Shown here: positions 38,601-52,281 of the stretch, one piece after another | How the letters are laid out: the number at the start of each line of letters is the position of its first letter | Position numbering within the stretch: position 1 is the stretch's first letter | Source of the DNA: Phoronis australis | Taxonomy: Eukaryota; Animalia; Phoronida | Assembly (NCBI GenBank): GCA_002633005.1 | Contig: NMRA01000180.1 | Location: 495,955 to 559,954 of the forward strand | Reading direction: 5' to 3' | DNA length: 64,000 nucleotides | Notes under the pieces: model-generated | What the model was told of the DNA's origin: nothing | The model's input: only the letters and a program-made list of their open reading frames with translations | Database searches by the model: none | Translations under genes and position numbers: made by a program

Positions 38601-39417
38601 AAATTTGACAAATTCCACTGGATAAACAGGTAAATTACCATACCCTTAATTTTGGTCTACGGTATGCACACAACACACATGAGAACTGCAGTGAAACTAA
38701 TTTTGAAATCAAATACTTAACACTTAATCTTCTTATGTCACAAATCGATATAAAACCTAAATGCGGAAACCTTTAAAAGTAGACTGCTGCTTTTTATCCT
38801 AGAAAGTTCAACTTGTGTTGAAAACAGTCACAAAATCTAGAATGCAAGCAAATCAGAAATTCCATCTTAAATGTGTACATCCGCACCAATTTTGAACAAA
38901 AGAATTTGTGCCGCAGTTGATTATTTTCACAGCAAGGACTTCTGATGTGGTAAATAAATTCCACAATTTCTTTTCAAATATTGTATGATGGCAGCTAAGG
39001 CACTGAGCTTGAAATTTACAAAACAACTAGGATAACACCTCACTAATTTAGGAAACAATATGGCTGACAAATTGAATTTCATTTTTTTAATAAAAGGTAA
39101 GTATAGCACCAAATAAATGCTGCATGATTTATAAAGATGTATACTATACCCACTACTAGACAATGATTCTGAGAAAATGTTGGCGTTCATAATAATTTAA
39201 ACTTAAGAATCTTTGAAAAATGAAAAATTACATTTTGTACCCAAGACAGTGTCCTAACTAAATTATCATGAGAGTTGCGTATGCACCATATCTGGGGAAC
39301 GTCGCAGCTCAGAAAATGAGGTACAGTGATGATGCCCAAGCTAGACGCGGCATCGAGAAATTGCAAAAACTTGATTCTCTTGATAAATTCAGGTAGATTT
39401 AGTTTTATGAAGTCAAA

Positions 39418-39582
39418 CAGGGGTGGATCCAGGATTTTGAGTTAGGGGGAGGGGCAAGGCAGAGTATTAGCCAGGATTTTGTCCATCAACAATTCGCACC
39501 CCCCGATCTGCAAAATGAAATCTGAGAGAATTTTAGGGGGGGCATTGCCCCTTTCCCCCCTCCCTCCTTAAATCGGCCACTG
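39418..39582. mobile_element. short hAT-like MITE
   Basis: CAGGGGTGGATCCAGG ... CTTAAATCGGCCACTG termini with G/C-rich subterminal runs. Confidence 0.5.
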
Positions 39583-39775
39583 TCAAAAATATGACAATTG
39601 AAAGAGCTCACCAACTGCAAGTTAGACATAAACAACGTAGTATAAGACATTGTGGTTGATTATAATTAAAAACAGAATATTGTGTTTTATATATCATCGG
39701 TGCATACTATAGCTACCTGAAAATTTGTTAGCCATACATGTGCCGCTTGAAAAACAGGAGGCACCAATTATTACA

Positions 39776-40089
39776 CACCAGAGCCTTAACTAAATCTATA
39801 TTTGAAAAATTGGAATTTGCATGCACTGTAAAACAAGTGATCCTAACTGTAATATTTTATACTTGTAGCGATTTTGGCAATAGTCTGATATAACGTACCG
39901 TATTTTGAGAACCAGTTTGATGCTCAATATTCAGTGGAGAAAACTCAGTGGTTCCCAAAAATCGGGCACGTTATATCAGACTATTGCCAAAATTGCTACC
40001 AATATAAAATATTACAGTTAGGATCACTTGTTTTACAGCGGATGCAACTTCCAATTTTTCAAATATAGATGAGTTAATAGGCTTTGGTG
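39776..40089. repeat. long inverted repeat / foldback (about 140-bp arms, about 33-nt spacer)
   Basis: 39776-39914 is the reverse complement of 39948-40089 with few mismatches, e.g. TGTAAAACAAGTGATCCTAACTGTAATATTTTAT / ATAAAATATTACAGTTAGGATCACTTGTTTTACA. Confidence 0.9.
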
Positions 40090-43000
40090 CTGCGATTTTA
40101 AAGCGTGCAAAGTTGATCCTGATGACTTTATTGCGTAGCTCTGACCACGATGTTCATTCCACTTGCAATGAATTTGAGCTCATGGGGTATGGATTTGATA
40201 CTGTTACAAAACACTGTTGTCGAGGACGTTGACTACAACCAATATGGATTTTGAGTGACGGCTTAACTGACCATTTAGAACGCAGCATTATTGGCAAACC
40301 TTCGTTTCCAAGCCGCCATTTTACCCGACAAACAACATGTTGCTGAGTAAAACTTATTGTTTGTTACTCGACATTACGCAAGGGGGCGGAGCTTGCGATA
40401 GGTCAATTGTTGTTATGCAAATCACCACAGTTGGGCATTGTAGATGGAAGGGCTGGTGACGATGAGGGTTTGTGTTGCACAACATGTGTAATGCAAATAA
40501 TGGTCACCATGTCATTGCGTCAGAGCCCTTGTTACTGGAGTTTACAAATTTTGTAGTTGGGTAAAGGTAGATTCGGATCATTATCAACTCGAGTTCAAGC
40601 GCTGTTCCCAGTGGTATCAATCAAGATAGTAATATTATTGATCAAGTCGGAAATAAAATCAAAAAAGTTAAAATGGAAAGACATTCTTAGAGTGCAATGT
40701 ATAGGAGAATTGAGTTCTACTTTAGAAATGGCAGTTATCTGCTACCATATGAAAACTGCTGTTAAATGGTAACAAAATAGAGGTAATATTAAATTACAGT
40801 TACTTTGGTATTCAATTTAATGTCAAAGGTATCTGGACATGATCAAAAGAACCTGGGAGAAAAACCTTGCAAAGTATTATTTATGTCCGACATATGTCCC
40901 GAAAATGGTAGATGCGTCGCAAGCTTCGTTTTCAGAGCTAAAAAAAGGAGACCGTATATAGATGAAATAAAGGTCATGTTATGACAGCATAACGGTACAG
41001 AAATATGAGTGCAAAGTAATAAAAAACATAAAATATTAATCTCTGGAAAGATTAGCAATAAAAAGTACCACAAGAGATGTTTTAAGACACCTCATGCCCA
41101 TGAAAAGATATTCTCAGAGTGCAATGTATAGGAGAATTGAGTTCTATTTTTTGTTCAGTTATCGACCTTGGCCAGAATCAGATGTATTTAATCCAGTTTA
41201 ATGTCAATAGCGTGCAGAAGTAAGGGTACCGTGTATTCTCAAAGGGTGTGCATTTGTTGCAACTTAAATGTTCAAAATGAAATTCATTTTTATTGGTGTG
41301 TTCTTTATGTAACGATCTTGGCCACAAATACTTACCTCCAGTATCATAAAGATAGTCTACCGCACATTTTGTAAATATAATGAAAACAAACAATATAAAA
41401 GAATTAAAAAACCTGTGTAAATTTTTATCAAAATCTAAAGAAAGCTCAAATATGTTGTGAATGATGTAAGATGTGTGCGGATTTGCACGTAAATGCTTAT
41501 ATTTTATGCTTTACAATATGGGCCATTGGTCTTATTACCTGAAATAAATTGACCGAAATTATCTATTTCAGAGTCTGACAATATGTTGCAAAATGTTCAA
41601 TAACTGAGAATCCAATAATAACTATCTAATGGCCTTCTGACGTCAATGCACTTTCATAAAGAAATCAGAACCCCTCGGGCAAGTTTGTTCATAACAAATA
41701 TGCAGAGAATATATTTAGTATTTCTCTCAGAGCACTTCTCTGGCATTGAGGATATTGGAATCAACTCATAGTGTGGCCCTGTCTATGTTTTGAAATTATG
41801 AAATTTCATTTTGTATTAATGGTTCCTTGATAGAGAGAAGGACCCAGATGACAGCAAAATTGAAATTCTGGATCCCTTCATATTTAGGCCCCTTCTCAAA
41901 AGTAGGTTCGTAGATGCTATGTATGGTCACATATACTAGTTTTTTAATGGTATTAATATCCTTTGACGTTAAGGGTCCATACTTGGAATGAACCCCAATG
42001 ATGTAATCTATTGCTAATCCTTTTATGTTTTTGAGAAATCATGCACCTTCTTATGTTAAGGCCAAGACCACCTCTTTGAGGGTTTCCCAATGAGGAAATC
42101 TTACATTTTTTTACTTGAAGGAAGGTCACCTCTTGGAGGGTCCCAGGTGACAGAATCAACTGACACTGAGTTTTCTTTTTTTTTGTAAAAACACACATCT
42201 TTTTATATGAAGGGAGGCTAGGTAATGGTAACAATAACTTGTCACTCTTTTCCAGTTTTTTTTTTAAATAATACATGGTACACTTTCACCACTTTAGGAC
42301 AAAATATGGCAGACAAATGATTTTTTCCATCTGTTTTGTCAGATAAGTTACGTATAGAAGAAAATAACGAGGAAAACGGTAAAGACCACAGAGACCTGAC
42401 GAATGGTGTTCAACGGAATGTACTGAACTGATCCACTGTTGCACCAGTCATCATGTAGCAGACCACCGCAAATCGGCTCACCTAGAACTGCAAGACAACA
42501 CACTGAGGAAATTTTGGCAAGGATGCAATTTATGAGAGAAGGAAGCAGAAATATGAAGTCCAGTTATTAAAAGCAGAAAAGGTCGCTTGGCATTACTTTT
42601 GATGCCATAGCTATACTACAAGATAATGTCATGCTTTTTTCGTTTAAACATAGGTATGTGGAGACAATATGACTGAATCTAATTAATACATGCTAGTGTT
42701 ATAGTCAGCCTCTTCTACCTGACACATTGTTGGCTTTTTGTGACATAGATCATAGGTCAAATATTCTTATTTTGAAAATGTTATAATTATGCATTCATCA
42801 GAGGAAAATTATGAATTAGTAAAGCTCCAGTTTAAATCAAGTTGACATCCATGAGCATGTCTCCAGAAAGAGACTAAAAATTCCTTCCTGCAGAAAATTT
42901 GAAACCCCTGGTGGCGTTATTATTAAGTTCTTGCCTATTGATTTTTGATTTGCTCAGCCTAAAACCTGCAAGGGATTGTGTTTCTGATTTATGTTTTGTG

Positions 43001-46000
43001 TATCTACTGTTAGGCCCTCACCTACTTAAAAGTGACAGTATTGTTGGGGAGCCTTAAGACCCATCTGATGCGCCCTCTTGTGTAGAGTTTGGTACAGGAA
43101 CCTAATCAGCCTATTATTATGGTCCACCAAGCCTAATTCAAATAAAAGAATAGCACCTGCTCAGCATGAATTTCTTTTTTAGTCTATTATAGTCAACTGA
43201 TTTTTCTCAATCAAAGAGTGACAATTTTAATGACAGGTTCATATTTTATAGACTGCAGGGACAAAAATGGCGGCCTGCACTACCTGTAAATTCTTTTGTT
43301 TAACTGTGCTACCACCAACAATCTTTTTTCCGTAATCCCCATACCTAAAAAGAAATCAGTCATCAGGTAACTAGCTATTCAAATCCAAACAGTTAAGACT
43401 ATTGAGAAATGAAAATTAGTACCTCCTGCGAGAATCTTCTGAAAATGGCGATTAGAGTGAGAGTGAAAATGGTGATGACAGTGGGGCATTTGCAAATTTG
43501 GGACGACCTGGGCGAAATGTTTGGTGACCTTGCCGTGTCGCATAGTTTAGTGAAGTTGATCTTATTTATGCTCCTCAATAATTCTTATATTCACTACATG
43601 CATCGATTACGACTACTCAATTGACTAAGGTAACAGAGTAAGCAATCAAAGGGCAAGAAAGTTGATAGTTGTGAATGATTATAGGATCTGCAACCCACAT
43701 GTTCATGTTTTACCAATTGATCAAATGAATTATGATAGACATAAAATATAATTTCAAACAGAACTCCACAGGTGGTTTGCTGATTTCATTTCTCAAAACA
43801 GATGTCATAAAGTAATTCCTGTCCAATCTTAAGAAGCACTTGGCTGATACAAATGCAATAAGACAGTATTTCTTCTCTACTTCATAGATTAATAATTCCG
43901 TGAAGTTCTACCTCACTTATCACACCTGCATTTTTCTCCAAAGTTCACATTGCCAAATTATTTTTCTAATAATTTAGGTCACACTGCATCATATGTGTGA
44001 AAATTATTAGTGGTCAATTTTGCACCTATTAATAGAATTGCTGGATGTATAATGCAGGGTGAAATTTTCCTCAGTCAGACAGTCAATGCTGTATGCTTCT
44101 AATTGTGCATTGACGACATTCAGTGTCGACAACAATGCAATGCAGGGTCCTCATTAATAGCTGAGGGGAAAGGTGCCTGTGCTTTCTGACTGAGAGAAGT
44201 TTTTGAGTGAGTGAGGGTACCGGCACCAGTCGCTGTTTGAACGACTGTGTGAGTTGAAAGTTATTCCAAAGAACGATTCCCAGGGCCAATTATTCCTGAA
44301 CAGGCTGACAGTACTGGTAGATATTAACTCCAAAGCACTGCACTTTACAAAGAGAAGGTGTGAGATACTGCACAAATGATCCACTTAGGCACTAAGTATA
44401 GACAGACTCAATTTACCTCAGTAACTGAGTTTGTGTATTTTGCTGACTGGTAGTCGTTAACCAAAAATTATATACGGCTGCTTTACTAGAAGGAGCACAT
44501 TCATTTTTGGAAGTTTTTTTTTCTAATACCATATCTCACAAGTGTGACTTTTTTCATTTTGGATGTTTTTACTCCGATCACGGCATGGAAATGTTGCGTA
44601 TTAACTCGAGCAAATTTTATGTACATTTTCTACTCAAGATTGAATTCCACAATTTACAGAAATCAAAATGTCTTGATCCTCCATCTCAGTTGAAGTACAA
44701 ACGATGGTGAGAGTTGTGGCAAAAAGAAGTACCTGTAGTGCCTTGAATATAATCATCTCAGCAGAAACAAATAACCCAGTCCAAATAGGCTGACCACAGT
44801 TTAACTTATAGTTTATGACACTCTTATGCTGAGCAGGCAATGTACCATGAATTAAGGTGCCAGTCTTGTCTTGGCTTAAAAACTACAACATCCTGCATCC
44901 AATGCTTGATAAAACAAACATTTCATTACCTGGCTTACCAATTCTTTACACCAATAAGCTCAGTTACCTTTCAAAAAGATTAGCCACTCCAGCATTATTT
45001 GAAATTTGTCTTCAAATGACAGTGTATCTGCAACGTGGGATTAGGAAGTACTCCACTCTCTACATTGGCATCAGTGTTGTGGTGGTTTCCCAAAATGCTT
45101 TTCCCAGCACAAAATTAATAAGGTTGACTAAAAACAAAGGAAAGCTCATAATATCTAGATTTTTGCTTAAGTTTACTTGTCACACAGCTATTATGGTCCC
45201 TGTCACTGCAGGCTCTGGCCCATTAGCCCCACCTATTCACAGATGTCAGCACAGCAGGATCTGAAGCAAACACCTAGCTTACTACTTCCTCATCGTCACC
45301 TGAACTCGCTCGTCAAGTTCAATTTCATCACTTTCATCAGACAAAATCACAGTTGTTCACGCTAATGAAGCTCTGGAGTTCCTTGCAATAAACTAATAAA
45401 CACTAATGTCGTCATGCGCTTAATTGAGAGAACTGAGACTCTAATCACCAATAAAGTGATTCAGCAAGTGCATCTGGTATAACAAAAGTTTAAGTTATGA
45501 TGAATAACAAAATAACTGGAGGTATGCCAATTCAGACATGGTAAGATATTTGCTTTTCTCAACACCAAAAACCCAGCATTTGTACTTCGAATCCCGCAGA
45601 CCTCCGTCCCAGATGGAAAATTTAAGGATATTCATCCATTTAGAGAGTGGAAAGAACTGGGAAAAAAGGGCACATTCCGTTCAAAAGTTATCCTTTTTTA
45701 GGGTTTTATTCCAAAAATGTCACCTTTTTACAACAGTTTAATTCCATAATGCTTAAACTTTCCACAGGAATTCTTGGGCAACTGAATTGAGATTTATCTT
45801 GAAACTGACAGTAAAGGAAAAAATACCATGTTGTCAAAAGAGAGTGCATCTTTTGCAACCAAAAGTTTTTAAAATACAGACAATATCAACAACCGTTCTG
45901 TAGATTTGTGTTGTTGAATAAAGAAAGCTTTTGTGGAGTTTTGAATTCCTGAAGCAAACACTCAAGTAGGGAATTAAGTCAAATGCACCTTTCACAAGGA

Positions 46001-47439
46001 ATTGCTCCAGAAAAAAGGCAGCTTTTCACATGGAAACTGGTTGCAAACAGTACCTTTTTGAGTAGCACATCCCCTTTACCTTTTCTATTGAAGTACCCCC
46101 CCGGAATAAGTAATTATTCAGTTGTAAAAGACTGAGTTTCTAAAGACCCTCATCAGTCTAAACAGGATGGGCATCACTTCAACATTAAAACAGTCATTAA
46201 AATAATTAAGCCCTGTTGCAAGACATTTGAAATGAACAGCCAGCATAACCATCAAAACAGCCAGTGATGTACAGTTCAAGGAACTCGGCTTATATCCGTC
46301 AGCTGTACACTTCCAACTAAAAAATAAAATGACTGAATGGCGTGTTAGGGATCATGAGTTATGGTTTACTCTACATTATTACTGCATTACCTCGGCCATC
46401 ATTTAGTAAGCCCTTGAATGTTTTTGTCTAAGTGAATCTTGACACAGATGTGAGAAATCCTTCAACATTTAATTCTCACACACAGTGCATAGAAAAAGCG
46501 TTGAGAAAAAATGACCCAGATTTCTGTCATGACAGCTGGCCAAAAATCAATTCATCACAGTAGCCTTTCCTTATGACCAAGAATGACCGGGGAATTAAAG
46601 TTATCTAGAGAATTTACCCTAAAGCATTCTTCACAACATAAGAGATAAATAGAATTTCATTGCTATCAAACATCTTTAACTGAGAAATTCTTAGTTTATT
46701 ACTAGGTCAGTGTGTACTGTAAACAACATTTGGCGGAAGTCTTCTTGCTATGCAGCAAAGTATAAACCAGTCTGTGAAAATAGACAGGGAATTTTGGCAA
46801 CCTGTTTTCTGGTCAATAAGTGAAAATTGCTATAAGGTTGTTTTCTTGCCTGATCAATTGTAACAAAGGCTTCAGGACAATTTCAAATGTTTGCTAAGCA
46901 TTAATTTTTCGAGCAAAATGAAACGGAATCCGGAATCCGTCAGACTGGGAAACTAGTTTGAACAAAGTACGCTCAAAAAATTCAAAGGATGACCATTTGA
47001 ATTGAACCTTGAAATAGATTTAAAAAGTTAATAAAGCTATTATGTATCACAAGAGCAAAAGTAAGATAACAAATACGAAACGAAATTTCGCGAAGTTTCA
47101 TTCGTAGACTATTATTTTTCATAGGTCTACTCTCAACAATCAGTCGGCTTTTTAGCACTGATTCAACATCACGTGTAAAGCAGTGATTTCACATCATTGT
47201 CTTGTGATAACTGTTTGCTCTTTGGACAGGAGCAAAGAAAAGATCAGTATTGCAACAACTGCTTATTTTTCACTTAGGGCCTATCCCCGATATTCATAAC
47301 TCAGTGAAGACAGACCACGGGCGGCGTTGGCGTGAGCACCTGCTCAAATCGCCCGAGTTCAGACTTGTGTGTTGTTTTCTACAATGTTTACAACTCAACC
47401 ACAAGAAATGCTGTCCAACATATTACTAAAACAACTGAC

Positions 47440-47620
47440 CTGTCGACAGACGTTGGACCTACACTGCTCATGGCGCAATCTTCGATTCACTTCAATAACT
47501 CCAGCATTCGACTTTCGAGGTTTTCACCACCTCTACAGACAGAATGAGAACACAAGAGCTCCTTGAATTCGCGCGCCGTGGTCAGTTTCTCACGAAATAT
47601 TAGACTTGTCTCGTAACAGT
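47440..47620 (-). promoter_or_regulatory. candidate distal first exon / promoter of the MFS gene
   Basis: CpG-rich patch; gccATG at 47471 reads MSSVGPTSVD to a CAG|GTCAGT donor at 47440, phase 2. The upstream boundary is approximate. Confidence 0.4.
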
Positions 47621-50585
47621 TCTTGAATCGATTTTCTAGTTAAAAGGCAGCGTGACAACTGAATCGTCATACCCGTGATCAATACACACGTAATGCGGGC
47701 AGCTGCCATCCTGACGATTATCGCACTTTGGTTCTGAACCGCTGCAAACGGGTATCGCCTGTAACAGTTTCGAAGACAAAACCTCATGTATTGTCAACAA
47801 AATATACCAAATGCACAGGATTTAGCTCGTGCGCACGGGCTAATACCGAGGGACCAAACTGACATTTCGCTAAAGCTGTAGGCTTACTTCATCTTGTTAA
47901 GCTAACTAAAAACGAAATATTGAGCCTTTTAAACGATTTAGATTTAAAAAAATGTATTGTAGTCCCATGTGCGCACCCAACCTTTAATATGAGGGGGCTC
48001 GAATCTTTGACAAAGTCATTTTGCTAACAAAAAAGCGGGAGGACTAAAATAAAAGGGGTACCACCTTCAGGTCTGTGAACTGTGCGTCTGCGCCTTTTTA
48101 GTGGACTTTTGTCTCGTTTTCTCGGACTTTTTGTTGTCTTCACCTTTTTACACACTTCGCCAAATGGGGGGTCTCATTCGAGCCCCCCCCCCCCCCCCNC
48201 CCCCCCCCCCCCCCCCCCCCAGGGTGCGTGCATTTGTGGGGAACTCAAGCCACAAGCAATGCCAATTCGTAATATTAGGGTCGGCCAATATTGAGTCGAT
48301 GATGGCTTCGGTTGTTTCGGCGTAAAAGAAAGGGGCTTAAGGAAAAAGTCTATTCGATTTTCGTTTTTCAGTGGGTTAATAGGACTTCAAAGCCATCGTG
48401 GCTTCACAAAAATATTTGAGTAAGGAGCCATGGCCATATACGAACAAGATCGGGTGTTCCAAAATTTGCATTACTATGTTTCATTTCCTGACTGATTTTC
48501 ACAAGTCAACCATAATTTTATCTTTGGATCTACTGTGATCTTTGCATGACAAGAAAAGTATCCCTATAAACGTTCTTGACCTTACTTTCAAAAGTGTGTC
48601 TCCAGATACATTGTAAACTTTCCTTTATTTCCACTAGTTTACTACAACGCATAACGAGTTTTATCATCAATCGAAGAACATCTTTAAAATAGGAATATTT
48701 TGTAAATTATAGCCCTGCACACACTTGTGTTTTCACTGGAAATTCATGAGCTGAATGGAAGTTCAGTACTCCACATATTTGAGCTGTGGCGGCCATTTTA
48801 TTGGTGCACAACCAGAAATTTTGAAAATATTTCGAGGATTTCATATATGATCATGGTTATTTGAAAATATTTGAATGCGTGTGGAAAGGAAATTACTTTT
48901 GGGAATAGGTTCAAACTAGTTGGTTTCAGTTTCAGTCAAATTCCTGTTATGAAGTTTTTCGTTGAAAAGAAGGGGGAAAAGTATCTTCAAGTCTATTCGC
49001 GATCGCTACAGAAAAGGCATATCGCTAAAACGAGAACAATCTCCTACGATGTGATTTGACGGTATGGATAACACTGACTAAAATTCACGACTCGAATTTT
49101 TTATTGTAAGCTGCAGCGAGGGCGCGTATATTCGAAACATATATCGCATATCTTATACTCTACCCCTATATATGGGTCCTGGCGTAGTTTCGGAAATAGG
49201 TCTATAAATAAAAAATATACAGGAACCATCGATATGGAATGCGAACTAATATTTGTAGGCCTATAACGAAAAACTTTTTTGCCGGCTACATTTAAAGTAG
49301 ATGGCAAAAACGCTTTGAAAGTTTTTCTTTGACACCTCCTGACACTGTTCGTGCTGGGAAACCCCAGAAGCCGTAGAAATTTTTATTGTAGGTCTAAATA
49401 GGTCCATGGCCACATATTTTGGGGGCTCATGCTTGCGGAAATTTTCGGTAAGTAAATTTTCCTGTTGAGGGTAACAATTGTGATAAGCTTCCGCTGGAAA
49501 ACGAATTACGTAATGTTGCACGTGACAATTAAAGTCGATTTACTGTAATTAATGTCATTTCAAACAGAGAATAAGAACATGATGACGTTTGCTTTGGCAT
49601 AACAATTAAGTGCTCATGCGAATGTTTTTGACACTAAAAGATTTTTCAGTAGCTTTTTTTTTCCAATTCGTCAAAATATTTAAATTTGAACAGGCTGTAA
49701 ATGTGCGCTCTCCGATCAGTAATCAAATGCACTGCTTGACAATAATGTTGAGGTAGAACCTCTCCCATTTCTGACACCTGTTGCATCAAGCAACACGATG
49801 TAGCACTTTCTGTTTCCGTTTGATGGACTACAATGGAATTATTTATGTATTGTACCAACAAACGACGAAATAGGCGGCTTACTTTCCGTTCCTGCCCACT
49901 GTTTCAAAACAATACAGGTAACCTAGGGTAATTATGAACGGAAATTCTGCAAAGCATGATAACGTAAAGAGAAACGTCATAAATAGGTGCTTTGAACTTT
50001 TTAACTCGCCGACTGGGAGTACCTCCTAACCCGTCACTCATTTTTCTGAAAATATCATTTCGCGAAACATTTTCAAGTAAATTCGAATAATTTCTTAAAA
50101 ACCGATTACTCCTTATTCAGCTGAAACGATCAACTTTTTCATATTTTTGACTCAGCTGGTGATTCATTAAGAAACCCAGCCCCATATATGCAAGTTTAGA
50201 CTCATGCTCCGACATCTCAAATACTTATTTTTTCAAGAACTTTCACTGAAGTGTTTCGTGCATAGCCGCATGTACCCAAGCTTAACTTACAAACCCAAAC
50301 ACGCACGCCTTCCACATGTCCTAAAGTGATTTCTTTTATGCGTCTTTCGTCGAACCTCGCTACATTTCAATTCATTAGTCAAACTTAAATTGGAACACCT
50401 CAGTATTGTTCATTTAAACAAGCGCTTCTTGTTTTTTACTCGCGTGTTTCTCACCCGATTGGGCCCAAATTCAGAAATAAGCTCACGGAGCTACATTCAC
50501 ACATGAACGGCAATTGTTCTTCGGCCCTCGGGAGAATCTTTTGTCCAGATTAAAGATTTTCGAATGATTCTTCCCTTTACACCAA

Positions 50586-50827
50586 GGCCCGTTCCAAGAA
50601 AATTGACTTAGCTAAGACAAATACAAAATTCAAGCCAATTTTAAGATAAAATTTCAATTTGTCTCAAGTCCGTTCCAAGAAGGTGATCTTACGTTTGACT
50701 AAGTTTTTGATTAAATGTTGTCTCAAGTTCCACTAACTTACCGATGTGAAAGTTTCAAAGTTTGGAAGCTGAAGCTAATCTTAGACAAAAGTAAAAAAAT
50801 GAACAAATCAGTTTCTTAGAACGGGCC
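50586..50827. mobile_element. PIF/Harbinger (Tourist)-like MITE
   Basis: TIR GGCCCGTTCCAAGAA / TTCTTAGAACGGGCC; internal copy of CCGTTCCAAGAA; TSD ambiguous. Confidence 0.65.
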
Positions 50828-51021
50828 CCAAGTCTTCCTTTCTAGGCTGTGAAATAAATGACTTTTCAGACTGAACAGGTGCTCACCAAAACTGCATCTG
50901 AAACCTTTAGCAAAACGAGTTCTGGAAGTGAACAGTTGCCATGGCACTGGTATCTTATTTCTTATGTGAAAGGGTGAAAAAGATACAGAAAGACATATTA
51001 CAAGAACATAACTTTAAATTG

Positions 51022-51027
51022 TTTATT
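51022..51027 (-). terminator. candidate CCDC40 polyadenylation signal
   Basis: tttatt on + (AATAAA on -) about 1 kb after the stop, at the end of an AT-rich UTR-like tract. Confidence 0.55.
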
Positions 51028-52050
51028 GTTAAATATATTTTACACAATACAAATCAACTGTACAGAGAGAATAATCTTTGAAATAACATGCAAATTTGGT
51101 ATTGATAGACTTAGACATTAGAAAAATCAAACCAGTGACCAATAAAAACACCAACACCTATGTGATTAGAACCACACAGGGCCTTAAAGATAAGTGAAGA
51201 AAAAATCCCTTGCAATAAAATGCAGTTATTGTTATCACAGTTCAAAAGCACTCAACAAAAAGAAGGTTAAAAATCAACAGAATTAAATAATGGAATGGAT
51301 TGCGTACAAAATTAAAATCATGGACTGATTTTAACTATAATGAATTTAAAATAAGAACCAATGAAGTTTCAGGCATATAAAGTGACAGCAACAGGAAACA
51401 ATGGAATGTTTTTGCATGATAAAACTGGAACAATAACAACAGGAAGTAAAACTAACAAATTCATAAGAGTAATTTTTCATGGTCGTGAGATTTCAAAAAC
51501 ACATTACAGTGTAAATTCTCTAATTTGAGACAATCTCTGGAATTTGGGAAACACGGAAACTCCTGCAAAAATTTGGGACCAGCTTCAATCTTGAGCAAAA
51601 TAACTAAATTTTCATTGTCCCAAATTGGAAAATTTTCACAATACATCACTGAAATCACAATATCTGTACTAGCCACCACTTTTCTAGCAAGGAAATATTT
51701 TTTTGCAGTAAATTAATACAATTATGACACCAATGCACATAACATCAACAATAATTCCACTGACAAAGAATGTCTTATGGACACAAGATTTTAAAACAGC
51801 AAAACTCAGAATGTCAAATATAAACTCTTGATTGTAAAGGGATTTTTATGCATGGAATGTAACATTAAACAATTCTCCAGCCTCAGTATTCAAGCGCTTG
51901 GTGTGTTGAAGTAAAATCAACGACATGTGCAAATAATGTTCTGGGGCACTTTTTAGACCGAATAATTCTTTAAAGATTCTCACTTTCATTTTTCATGGGC
52001 AGAATACCGAAACAGCTTATCAAATAATTCTAAATAACAGTTTCCAGCCT

Positions 52051-52281
52051 CTATACACGAGCACTTAGTGCAACGGATATCTTCCTTAGTGCCGGCTGGG
52101 CGTGTGGGAATTCCTGGTTCAGTTTGTCCACGATGACGTTTATAGACTGCATCCTGTCAATCTGCTTCTCCAACTCGCTGTTGAGGTTAGCGTCTGACCG
52201 ACAGATCCTCGTGTAGCGTCCATCTTTGACCTGCTGTAGGTACTTCATCTTTTGCTGCTTGGACAGCAAGTCGCTCATGAC
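52051..52281 (-). CDS. CCDC40: CCDC40 terminal exon
   Basis: [23 protein letters not shown]...[23 protein letters not shown]. Confidence 0.92.
   Translation of the reverse strand, partial: VMSDLLSKQQKMKYLQQVKDGRYTRICRSDANLNSELEKQIDRMQSINVIVDKLNQEFPHAQPALRKISVALSARV

Noticed and set aside
42343-42431. Possible + strand exon (KLRIEENNEENGKDHRDLTNGVQRNVLN*)
   Set aside because: It has a good acceptor, but I found no partner exons or recognisable domain, so it cannot be supported.
43423-43543. His-rich minus-strand peptide MRHGKV...HCHHHFHSH ending at a donor-like site
   Set aside because: It ends in phase 1, which does not fit the phase-2 MFS acceptor at 29359, and there is no homology cue. 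At most a non-coding 5' exon.
48183-48220. Poly-C tract (polyproline ORFs, G-quadruplex candidate)
   Set aside because: A homopolymer containing an N, so likely an assembly junction with unreliable length.
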